A stretch of 58,889 nucleotides of DNA, from NCBI GenBank assembly GCA_937944235.1, contig CALDYZ010000039.1:1-58889 (forward strand), in the 5' to 3' direction. The position numbers and the translations under genes are program-made. Below, piece after piece: positions 1 through 8,532 of the stretch (its first letter is position 1; every line of letters begins with the position of its first letter). The notes under the pieces are model-generated. The model was given only the letters and a program-made list of their open reading frames with translations. It was not told where the DNA came from and made no database searches. The DNA comes from Candidatus Dojkabacteria bacterium (GTDB lineage Bacteria > Patescibacteriota > Dojkabacteria > J137).

Positions 1-63
1 ATGTAGCTAATTTAAAATTTTAATTTTATCAATTAAAATATTATAATCATTAATAGTTTAATT

Positions 64-2028
64 ATGCAAAAAATGGATTCACTAAAAACTAGACAAAATT
101 TTCTAGAATTTTGGAAACAAATACCTAGAAATTCTAAAGAAATTCCTAACAGTAGTTTGATACCTCAAAACGATCCCACATTGTTGTTTGTAAATTCTGG
201 GATGTTTCCTCTAGTACCTTACCTAAATGGACAACCTCACCCACTAGGAAAGAGATTACACAATATTCAAAGGTGTATTAGAACTAATGACATTGAAGAA
301 GTTGGGGATAATAGACATTTAGTATTTTTTGAAATGATCGGTAACTGGTCACTAGGTGATTTTAGCAAAGAACAGCAAATACCATGGATTATGGAATTTT
401 TCGTAGAAAATTGCGGTTTAAGTCCTTACAGGATATATGTTTCAATATTTGAAGGAGATGAATCATCCCCGAGAGATGATTTAGCGATAGAGATCTGGCA
501 AGAAACTTTTAAAAAATACAATATAAATGCTAAATATTCTAATGACATAACAAATATTCCTCCACAATGGGATACAAACAAAGAAATTCCGGATGAAGTA
601 ATGAATTGGCCTTACAGAATTTTCCCATATAACAAGAAAAAAAATTGGTGGTGTAGAGCAGAAGTACCAGGAGAAATAGGTGGTCCAACCTCAGAGATAT
701 TCTACGATATGGGTAAGATAGAAAAGACAGATGAAAATTATCATATAAATGACGAGTCTGGTAGATTTATAGAAATAGGAAATAATGTATTTATGGAATT
801 CAAACTGAATGAACGAAGGAAATGGATACCACTTGAACAAAAAAATATAGATTTTGGTGGTGGTTTTGAAAGAATCGTTATGAGTATACAGAATACCACA
901 GATCCATACCAAACAGATTTATTTAGTCTTATCATCAATAAAATAACAATGTTATCAAAAACAAATTATTTTGATTTAGAACCAGAATTGAAAAAAAGTT
1001 TTCGCATTGTCGCTGAGCACATTAGAAGTAGTGTATTGTTGCTAGCAGATGGAGTAATACCTGATAACAAAGATCAAGGATATATATTAAGAAGACTTAT
1101 TCGTAGAATGGTAAGACACGCAAATCTAATAAACATAAGGCAAACTTTTGCCATGCACTTGGCTGAAGAAGTTATAGAAAATTATAAACAATATTACAAA
1201 CACCTCGAAAACAATAAAGATTTAATATTAACTGAAATAGACAAAGAAGAATTTAAATTTAACAAAACACTAAAAAATGGAATTAGAAGAATTTATGAAA
1301 TTAAAAAGTCTCATAGCACAATAACAGGATTTGAAGCTTTTAAAATCTATGAAACTTTTGGTTTTCCTGTAGAAATGATTGCAGAGGAATTAAAAGATAA
1401 AATTACAGAAAAAGAAAAATTTTTGATGGAATTTAAACAGGCTGAGTTATCACATAAAATTAGCTCAAAAGCAGGGTCAGAAAAAAAATTTAAAGGTGGA
1501 CTTGCTGACCACTCTACCGAAACCATAAAACTACACACCGCTCAACATATTTTATTAGCAGCGATACAAAAAGTTATAGATACATCAATCAAGCAAAGAG
1601 GAAGTAACATAACGTCTGAGAGAATAAGACTGGATTTCAACTATCACAGAAAATTAACACCAGAAGAAATCACTAGAATAGAGGACTTGGCTAACGAACA
1701 AATAAACAAATGTTTGGATGTTAAAAGAGTAGAGATGCCAAAAAAGATTGCAGAAAAACTCGGAGCACAAATGGAATTTGGTCAAAAATACCCTGATATC
1801 GTGTCAGTATACTTCATAGGAAATTTCAAAGACATAACAGATAAAGATTACTTTTTACATCCTGATAAAGAAAGAATCTTTTCAGTCGAATTTTGTGGGG
1901 GACCTCACGTACAAAACACTTGTGAGTTATATCAATCTAAAAATGGAAGAAAAAGGTTAAAAATAATTTCCCAAGAATCTATTGGAGAAAACATTAAACG
2001 TATAAAAGCAGTTTTGGCACAAGAATAA
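64..2028 (+). CDS. alaS: Alanine--tRNA ligase (short form without C-Ala domain)
   Basis: DPTLLFVNSGM, QRCIRTNDIEEVGD, FFEMIGNWS, IDFGGGFERI, GYILRRLIRR; editing motifs HTAQH and EFCGGPH; ends soon after the editing domain. Confidence 0.97.
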   Translation: MQKMDSLKTRQNFLEFWKQIPRNSKEIPNSSLIPQNDPTLLFVNSGMFPLVPYLNGQPHPLGKRLHNIQRCIRTNDIEEVGDNRHLVFFEMIGNWSLGDFSKEQQIPWIMEFFVENCGLSPYRIYVSIFEGDESSPRDDLAIEIWQETFKKYNINAKYSNDITNIPPQWDTNKEIPDEVMNWPYRIFPYNKKKNWWCRAEVPGEIGGPTSEIFYDMGKIEKTDENYHINDESGRFIEIGNNVFMEFKLNERRKWIPLEQKNIDFGGGFERIVMSIQNTTDPYQTDLFSLIINKITMLSKTNYFDLEPELKKSFRIVAEHIRSSVLLLADGVIPDNKDQGYILRRLIRRMVRHANLINIRQTFAMHLAEEVIENYKQYYKHLENNKDLILTEIDKEEFKFNKTLKNGIRRIYEIKKSHSTITGFEAFKIYETFGFPVEMIAEELKDKITEKEKFLMEFKQAELSHKISSKAGSEKKFKGGLADHSTETIKLHTAQHILLAAIQKVIDTSIKQRGSNITSERIRLDFNYHRKLTPEEITRIEDLANEQINKCLDVKRVEMPKKIAEKLGAQMEFGQKYPDIVSVYFIGNFKDITDKDYFLHPDKERIFSVEFCGGPHVQNTCELYQSKNGRKRLKIISQESIGENIKRIKAVLAQE

Positions 2029-2030
2029 AA

Positions 2031-2987
2031 TCAAGTCCCTGAATTTGTCAATTTTTGAATCAACTTGATAAACAAAAAACCAGACACAATAAAAATTAGG
2101 ACCAAAAATACGTCATAACTGTCAGCCTTATATAAAGGAAAATAAAAAACTTTATCTACTAAAATGTCATTTTCATACACCGGTTCAAAAAAAGGAATTA
2201 ATACACTAAGAGAACCTAGTATACAACCTAACAAAACGCTGAAAGTTTTATCACTATAACGAATTAATCCAATTTTTATATACTTAACAAAAAATATTAA
2301 TGCACAAATAGCCCCTGCAGCGAACATTAATAGGTTTATCAGTTGTGAAACATTGACTGAAAAGTTTATTAAAGATTTTGCTAAGTTTAATAGATATTCA
2401 TACACCCCAAACAACATTAAAACAAAAGATCCACTGACACCTGGCAACAACATTGCTAGGACAGCAAAAACTGCAGTAATAAACAAATAAATAGGATTAG
2501 GATCTATAACAATAGAAGATGGTTTTAAACTTGATAATACAGAAAATAATACTGTAAACAAAAACGTAATGCTTAGATTAGTAAAATTTTTATTTTTTAT
2601 AGATTTAAAAGGCACATTAACGGAACCAAGTACGATACCAAAAAAAATGGCTTGTAAATAGTTAGGATATTTATTAATCACTACAGGTATAAGGTTAATT
2701 AATATTACATTTATAAAAATTACTCCAAATAATATTGATAAGCCAAAATTCAAATTTAATTCTGCTGCAACTTTAATATTTTGAAATGTCCTTTTTATCG
2801 GGAATAAACTATTATTTATCTTATAAAAAAGTTTTTTTTTTACAATCAGTAACAAATTGTTGATAAAAATGATCAAATCATCATAAATCCCCATAGCAAG
2901 GGCTAATGTAGAACCACTTATACCTGGTATTACTTCTGCTGTTCCAATAATCATACCCTTTAAAATATTTTTAAAAATATATTTCAT
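2031..2987 (-). CDS. DUF368 family membrane protein (putative undecaprenyl-phosphate translocase)
   Basis: Repeated signatures GxAEVIPGISGSTLAL..GIYD and AMLLPGVSGSFVL..FGVYE; multiple TM segments. Confidence 0.9.
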   Translation of the reverse strand: MKYIFKNILKGMIIGTAEVIPGISGSTLALAMGIYDDLIIFINNLLLIVKKKLFYKINNSLFPIKRTFQNIKVAAELNLNFGLSILFGVIFINVILINLIPVVINKYPNYLQAIFFGIVLGSVNVPFKSIKNKNFTNLSITFLFTVLFSVLSSLKPSSIVIDPNPIYLFITAVFAVLAMLLPGVSGSFVLMLFGVYEYLLNLAKSLINFSVNVSQLINLLMFAAGAICALIFFVKYIKIGLIRYSDKTFSVLLGCILGSLSVLIPFFEPVYENDILVDKVFYFPLYKADSYDVFLVLIFIVSGFLFIKLIQKLTNSGT

Positions 2988-4222
2988 TTGTTTTGATCTT
3001 TAAAAATCATAGATTTGCTTAAATTAATTTCCCATTCTCTAGGAGTCGCTGAAACAAATATGACTTGATTTACCCTTTCCATAAATTCCTCAAATTTTAA
3101 AGGCCGATTATCTAAGGCTGATTTCATCCTGAAACCAAAATTTACTAAGTTTTGCTTTCTTGCTAAATCGCCACTATACATTCCCCCAATTTGAGGTACA
3201 GTAATATGAGATTCGTCGATAAAAATAACATAATCATCAGGAAAATAATCCAACAAGGTAGATGGAGGTGTGCCAACTTCACGTCCATCTATATATCTAG
3301 AATAATTTTCTATACCTTTGGTATAACCTGTTTCTTCTATCATTTCCAAATCATAATTAACTCTTTGTTTTAGTCTAGCAGATTCAACAAATTTTCCTTT
3401 CTTTTCAAATTCTTTAACCTCCTTTTGCATGTCTTCGTAAATCCTGGGTAGAACAGATTTCAATTTGTCTTCTGGACTAACATTGTGCTTGGAAGGGTAT
3501 ATCGTATATTCTGAAATGGATGTAATTAATTCACCAGTAATTGCATTAACTAAGCTCATAGACTCTATGGTATCATCAAAACAGTTAATTCGTAAAGCAA
3601 TATCATCATTAATAGGTAAATTAACATATATGACGTCACCTCTAACTCTGTAAGAACCAAATTCACAACCATAATCTATCCTTTGATATTGCATATCTCT
3701 CAATCTTACTAAAAACTTCTCTCTATTTAAACTTTCACCTACAACCAACTTGACACTTAAGTCAATATAATCATCAGGATTACCCAAACCATATATACAA
3801 GATACAGTAGATACTATCAGCACATCTCGTCGAGAGAGTAGAGCCATAGTTGCTGAATTTCTATATCTTTCTATTGTTTCATTAATATCACTATCTTTTT
3901 CAATATACAAATCTTTAGATGGTACATAAGCTTCAGGTTGATAATAATCGTAGTAACTCACAAAGTATTCAACAGCATTCTCTGGAAAGAATTCCTTAAA
4001 CTCAGAAAATAACTGAGCAGCTAAAGTCTTATTGTGAGAAAGAATTAAAGTAGGCTTGCCGATATTTTGAATAACGTTTGCCATGGTAAAAGTTTTACCA
4101 GTACCAGTAGCACCTATCAAAGTTTGAAATTGCAAGCCACGTTCTAGACCACCTGACAATGTTTCTATGGCCGAAGGCTGGTCTCCAGAGGGAAGGAACT
4201 TAGAATACAATCTAAAACTCAT
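2984..4222 (-). CDS. uvrB: Excinuclease ABC subunit B, N-terminal portion only (412 aa)
   Basis: GDQP, GATGTGKT, HNKTLAAQL, FVSYYDYYQPEAYVP beta-hairpin, IDESH, SALDNRPLKFEEF, FVSATP; motifs IV-VI and the C-terminal UVR domain are absent. Confidence 0.93.
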   Translation of the reverse strand: MSFRLYSKFLPSGDQPSAIETLSGGLERGLQFQTLIGATGTGKTFTMANVIQNIGKPTLILSHNKTLAAQLFSEFKEFFPENAVEYFVSYYDYYQPEAYVPSKDLYIEKDSDINETIERYRNSATMALLSRRDVLIVSTVSCIYGLGNPDDYIDLSVKLVVGESLNREKFLVRLRDMQYQRIDYGCEFGSYRVRGDVIYVNLPINDDIALRINCFDDTIESMSLVNAITGELITSISEYTIYPSKHNVSPEDKLKSVLPRIYEDMQKEVKEFEKKGKFVESARLKQRVNYDLEMIEETGYTKGIENYSRYIDGREVGTPPSTLLDYFPDDYVIFIDESHITVPQIGGMYSGDLARKQNLVNFGFRMKSALDNRPLKFEEFMERVNQVIFVSATPREWEINLSKSMIFKDQNK

Positions 4223-4400
4223 TCATTTCAGAATAATATTGAAGTTCTAGTAAAAAGTAAAAGCACAAAAGACTTGATTATTTCAAAAAACTTATTGTAC
4301 AACTTAAATTTAATTTTACCTCCCTAAAAATCCTACAACTTCTTATTTCCTGTATAACAGAAAGGTCAGCACACAACAAAAAATAGCAAGACAACAAGCA

Positions 4401-4476
4401 TGGTGCCAGGAGTCGGACTTGAACCGACGACACATGGCTCTTCAGGCCACTGCTCTACCAACTGAGCTACCCTAGC
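4401..4476 (-). tRNA. tRNA-Phe(GAA), CCA encoded
   Basis: Reverse complement GCTAGGGTAGCTCAGTTGGTAGAGCA-GTGGC-CTGAAGA-GCCAT-GTGTC-GTCGG-TTCAAGT-CCGAC-TCCTGGC-ACCA folds as a cloverleaf. Confidence 0.97.
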
Positions 4477-4677
4477 ACTTATTAATATATTGCTCACTTG
4501 GTGTTAGTATACAAAATATATTTCATAAACACAAGAAAATTAAAGAAATAACTTTTGAATTTGAGAATCTCTTTTTTATTGTAAATAATATATTATATAA
4601 AGATACAAAATCTTTTTAAAATAGAGTTTCACAAAATTTAAACATAAAATCTCCCCTATTTTTAGTATATACAAACA

Positions 4678-4686
4678 TGGTAAAAT
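4678..4686 (+). promoter_or_regulatory. Putative extended -10 promoter (TGG-TAAAAT) facing mutL
   Basis: TGnTAAAAT match in the divergent tRNA-Phe/mutL spacer; AT-rich context limits specificity. Confidence 0.35.
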
Positions 4687-5019
4687 ATATATAGAAAATA
4701 TAGTACTATTCTAAATAGATTATAGTGAATTAAAAAATTTGATGAAATACGTAATAACATCCTGGATAAACTGGATAGCTAAATTAACAAACCAGGGTCG
4801 TACTTAAATAAATATTGTTAAAAAAAAATATTCATCATTCAAAATCATGAGTATTGTTATTGAATTTATTGACCTAAGTTTCTATGAATTTTTTAAGGTA
4901 TTTTATAAACAAAACCTCACTTTTTTTTAATTCACAAATAATGTATATTTATACATAAATTAATGTTATCGTAATAATATAATTCAGAAAAGATTGTTAA
5001 TTGTATCAAAATATTATAA

Positions 5020-6885
5020 ATGTCAACAATAACATTACTACCCAATAATCTAATAAACAAAATAGCAGCGGGAGAAGTTGTTGAAAGACCATCTTCTGCA
5101 GTAAAAGAGTTAGTAGAAAATGCAATAGACGCTAAGAGTACTTACATAAAAGTTTGTATAGAAAATAAACTAAATCTGTTTAGTATTAAAGTTATAGATA
5201 ATGGAGTAGGCATATCACATGAAGATAAAGATAATCTGTTAAAACTACACTCAACCTCAAAAATTAAAAATTTTGAAGACCTATACAAATTAAATACCTA
5301 TGGTTTCAGAGGTGAAGCATTAGCTACTATAGCTTCCGTATGCAGTGAAGTAGAAATTGCATCAAAAAAAGAAAATGAAGAAGGTTTTACGTTGAAGTAC
5401 TTTAACAATCAAAAAATTAGCACGTCGACAGCTAATATAAGCACCAAGTCGGGAACATCTGTTCATATAAAAAATTTATTTGAAAAAGTACCAGCTAGAC
5501 TGAAATTTCTTAAAAATACAAACACTGAACTAAAACATATAATTACAATTTTTTTATCCCTAGCAATACCTAATCTAACCATACATTTTGAATTATATGT
5601 AGATAATAGATTAATTTACAATTTACCTGCAACTTCCCGTGTCAAATATAGAATAGGCGATGTATGGGATGAAAATATATCAAAACATTTTATTACAGTT
5701 AAAATAGAACATGAATCATATCAAGTTGATGGTTGTATTATAGATCCAATTTATTGCACAAGATCCACAGACAAACAATTCATATTTATTAATAAAAGAT
5801 ACGTTTATGATAAAGTAATACAAACATCTATAAACAAGGCATATTCCAATTTTATACACAAAGAATTAAAACCATCTTACTTTATCAATATCCACATTCC
5901 GTCAGAAAATTTAGACGTAAACATTCATCCTAGAAAACTTGAGGTAAAGTATGAGTATCCTGATAAAATTTTCAATTTAGTTTACAAATTAGTAGAAAGT
6001 ACATTACACGAAAATCAAAAAAGTAAATTTTTCGATTCAGCTTCAATACAATCCGATAAAATTGTTACAGAAAACAATGAGATAGATAACAGAAACGTAA
6101 TTAATAATGAGAAAGTCATTTTATTAGAGACCAATGACCATAAGTCACTAAATCATAAGCAATCCAAACTTACGAACAATAAATTTAGTAAAGTAAATGT
6201 CTATAATTACAGTAAGTCAACTCTCAATGAAAAAATAAGCATTAGTAAAATTAGTGAGACTTTACTGGAGTACGGAACTAAAAAAGAAAACTATCTTTAT
6301 CCAGTTCAAATATTCAGAAGGTACATAATCTATGAATCAGAGGATAATTTAATATTCATAGATCAACACGCTGCTGCAGAAAAAATTCAATTTGAAAATT
6401 TAATAAACAAATACCTGTCAAACAAAATAGAACCCATACCCTTATTAATCCCAGAAGTTCGAAGTTTAAATTTAGCTGATAAGAAAAAAATTTTAGAACT
6501 AAAAGATGAAATACTGAAAACTGGAATCAATATAGAAGATTTTGGTAACAATGATATATCTATAACTCACATACCAAGTACTAGTAAGAATTTCGATATT
6601 GATAGTTTTTTGAGAGATTTATTGAACGATGAAGTAAATGCTCAGATACTACTAACGAAAGATGGTTCGTATGTTGAAATTCCTAATTTCATTTATTCTA
6701 CAACTGCATTAATAGCATGTCATGGATCCATCAGATCAGGTCAAACTTTAACCACAGATGAGATGCGAAACATAATATCGGAAATAAGCAAATTAAAAAA
6801 TTCTTTAAACTGTCCCCACGGTCGACCGATCACATGGATTATGAACAAAGCTGAAATTGAAAAAAATTTTAAAAGAATTATATGA
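5020..6885 (+). CDS. mutL: DNA mismatch repair endonuclease MutL
   Basis: IAAGEVVERP, KELVENAIDA, DNGVGI, GFRGEAL, DVNIHP; C-terminal endonuclease motifs DQHAAAEKIQFE, ACH and CPHGRP. Confidence 0.97.
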   Translation: MSTITLLPNNLINKIAAGEVVERPSSAVKELVENAIDAKSTYIKVCIENKLNLFSIKVIDNGVGISHEDKDNLLKLHSTSKIKNFEDLYKLNTYGFRGEALATIASVCSEVEIASKKENEEGFTLKYFNNQKISTSTANISTKSGTSVHIKNLFEKVPARLKFLKNTNTELKHIITIFLSLAIPNLTIHFELYVDNRLIYNLPATSRVKYRIGDVWDENISKHFITVKIEHESYQVDGCIIDPIYCTRSTDKQFIFINKRYVYDKVIQTSINKAYSNFIHKELKPSYFINIHIPSENLDVNIHPRKLEVKYEYPDKIFNLVYKLVESTLHENQKSKFFDSASIQSDKIVTENNEIDNRNVINNEKVILLETNDHKSLNHKQSKLTNNKFSKVNVYNYSKSTLNEKISISKISETLLEYGTKKENYLYPVQIFRRYIIYESEDNLIFIDQHAAAEKIQFENLINKYLSNKIEPIPLLIPEVRSLNLADKKKILELKDEILKTGINIEDFGNNDISITHIPSTSKNFDIDSFLRDLLNDEVNAQILLTKDGSYVEIPNFIYSTTALIACHGSIRSGQTLTTDEMRNIISEISKLKNSLNCPHGRPITWIMNKAEIEKNFKRII

Positions 6886-7397
6886 ATTATAGAAATATAC
6901 TCAATAAAAATAGCATTATACAAAAATTCATACTGATTTTATTAATAATCATAGTAATACCGATAATTTCTGTATTTTTATATAGGGACTCATCCTCATT
7001 TTCCAATCTAAATAATAAGTTGATTAGCTCAAGTAATGTTACAGTAAATATAAACAACAACTTTTTTATCTTACAAATTGCTAATACTCCAGAGACAAGA
7101 TCTAAAGGTTTGATGTTCATAGAAAAACTAGATAAGAACAAAGGTATGCTTTTTATTTTTGAAAAAACAGAAATACAAACTTTCTGGATGAAAAACACGT
7201 ATATTCCACTGGATATAATTTTTTTAGATGAAAATTTTGATATTGTAACTATTTATAAAAATGCTAAACCTCTAGACACAAGAACATTATACTCATCATT
7301 AAAACCTAGCAAATATGTAATTGAAATATTAGGAGGTATAAGTGATCAAATCAATTTAACAGAAACTTCAAAAGTTAAAATTATTGATTATAAATAG
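6882..7397 (+). CDS. DUF192 domain protein with N-terminal membrane anchor
   Basis: RSKGLMF, GMLFIF, FWMKNTYIPLDIIFLD, YVIEILGG. Confidence 0.92.
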   Translation: MNYRNILNKNSIIQKFILILLIIIVIPIISVFLYRDSSSFSNLNNKLISSSNVTVNINNNFFILQIANTPETRSKGLMFIEKLDKNKGMLFIFEKTEIQTFWMKNTYIPLDIIFLDENFDIVTIYKNAKPLDTRTLYSSLKPSKYVIEILGGISDQINLTETSKVKIIDYK

Positions 7398-7566
7398 ATT
7401 TCACTTTTTTTGAGTAAAAATATTCAATCGAAAATCTAAAATTAATTAAATTTATTTAACAAAATTAGCAAAAAACAGACATAAGTTTTTTTACTTTAAT
7501 TCATAAATTTGTTAGTATATTCATACTGGATAGATGCTATAATTTTATAGGGTTGCTTAACCAAAT

Positions 7567-7595
7567 TTGACACAAATAACCTTAAAATAGATACT
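7567..7595 (+). promoter_or_regulatory. Putative sigma70 promoter of clpP
   Basis: TTGACA (7567-7572), 17 bp spacer, GATACT (7590-7595). Confidence 0.5.
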
Positions 7596-7651
7596 GATAT
7601 ACACAATATACACAATGTGCGATATTGTTATTAATATATACATAATTTAAA

Positions 7652-8239
7652 ATGAACAATACGAGCTATCTTATACCCATTGTTATAGAACAAACAAATA
7701 GAGGTGAAAGGTCATATGATATTTATTCAAGATTACTAAAGGAAAGAATAATATTTGTAGGTGGGCCTATCGACGATTTGCAAGCTAATTTAGTAGTTGC
7801 TCAGTTACTGTTTTTAGAAAAAGAAGATCCCAAAAAAGACATAATGATGTACATAAATAGTCCAGGGGGGCACGTGCAGTCAGGAATGGCTATAGTTGAT
7901 ACGATGGATCATGTTAAATGCGATGTATCTACAATAGCGGTTGGGTATGCTGCTTCAATGGGAGCAATATTATTAGCATCGGGTTCAAAAGGTAAAAGAT
8001 ACGCTTTAAAGAATGCTGAGATCATGTTACACCAACCGTTAGGTGGGGTCGAAGGACAAGCTTCTGATATAGAGATAACTGCAAATCACATAAAAAGGAC
8101 TAAAGAAAAATTATATAAATTATTATCTGAACGTACTAATCAACCTTATTCTAAAATAGAAAAAGATTTTGATAGAGATTACTGGATGACGTCAGAAGAA
8201 GCTCTAAAATATGGGATAATAGATGAAATCATCAATTAA
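7652..8239 (+). CDS. clpP: ATP-dependent Clp protease proteolytic subunit
   Basis: [23 protein letters not shown]; catalytic triad in AASMG, MLHQP and DRDYWM. Confidence 0.98.
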   Translation: MNNTSYLIPIVIEQTNRGERSYDIYSRLLKERIIFVGGPIDDLQANLVVAQLLFLEKEDPKKDIMMYINSPGGHVQSGMAIVDTMDHVKCDVSTIAVGYAASMGAILLASGSKGKRYALKNAEIMLHQPLGGVEGQASDIEITANHIKRTKEKLYKLLSERTNQPYSKIEKDFDRDYWMTSEEALKYGIIDEIIN

Positions 8240-8395
8240 TTATACAGCAATGGTTTCACGGTGATAATCAATTTTAGATCATATACTTTATTCCGATATG
8301 TGAAAGATAGATTCGACTAACTTGTGAAAATATTTTAGTAATAAGAAATAAACAAAATTGTGTACTCTAATATCTACATATACATCGTGCATTTA

Positions 8396-8404
8396 TGTTA
8401 AAAT
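8396..8404 (+). promoter_or_regulatory. Putative extended -10 promoter for tRNA-Val and the thrS-like gene
   Basis: TGT-TAAAAT ending 11 nt before the tRNA 5' end. Confidence 0.5.
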
Positions 8405-8415
8405 TAATAAGATGA

Positions 8416-8488
8416 GGGCATTTAGCTCAGCTGGTAGAGCATTCCTTTGACGTAGGAAAGGCCACAGGTTCGAATCCTGTAGTGCCCA
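8416..8488 (+). tRNA. tRNA-Val(GAC), CCA not encoded
   Basis: GGGCATT-TA-GCTCAGCTGGTAGAGC-A-TTCCT-TTGACGT-AGGAA-AGGCC-ACAGG-TTCGAAT-CCTGT-AGTGCCC-A. Confidence 0.96.
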
Positions 8489-8532
8489 AGTTTGATAAAG
8501 TAATGTCTATTTCTATTTCTAATACTAGTACC

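Noticed and set aside
2984..3045. Frameshift, readthrough or split intein rescuing uvrB
   Set aside because: The downstream sequence is fully occupied by the DUF368 gene, and the tail has no intein N-terminal block.
4477..5019. oriC candidate (AT-rich, CTGGATAA resembling a DnaA box)
   Set aside because: Only matches with two or more mismatches, no box cluster, and no dnaA or dnaN nearby.
8482..8502. GTG start of the thrS-like ORF as given in the track
   Set aside because: It lies within the acceptor stem of tRNA-Val; downstream ATGs at 8503 and 8533 fit better.
8489..8532. T-box or thrS operator leader
   Set aside because: At most 44 nt separate the tRNA from the start codon, and there is no T-box consensus.
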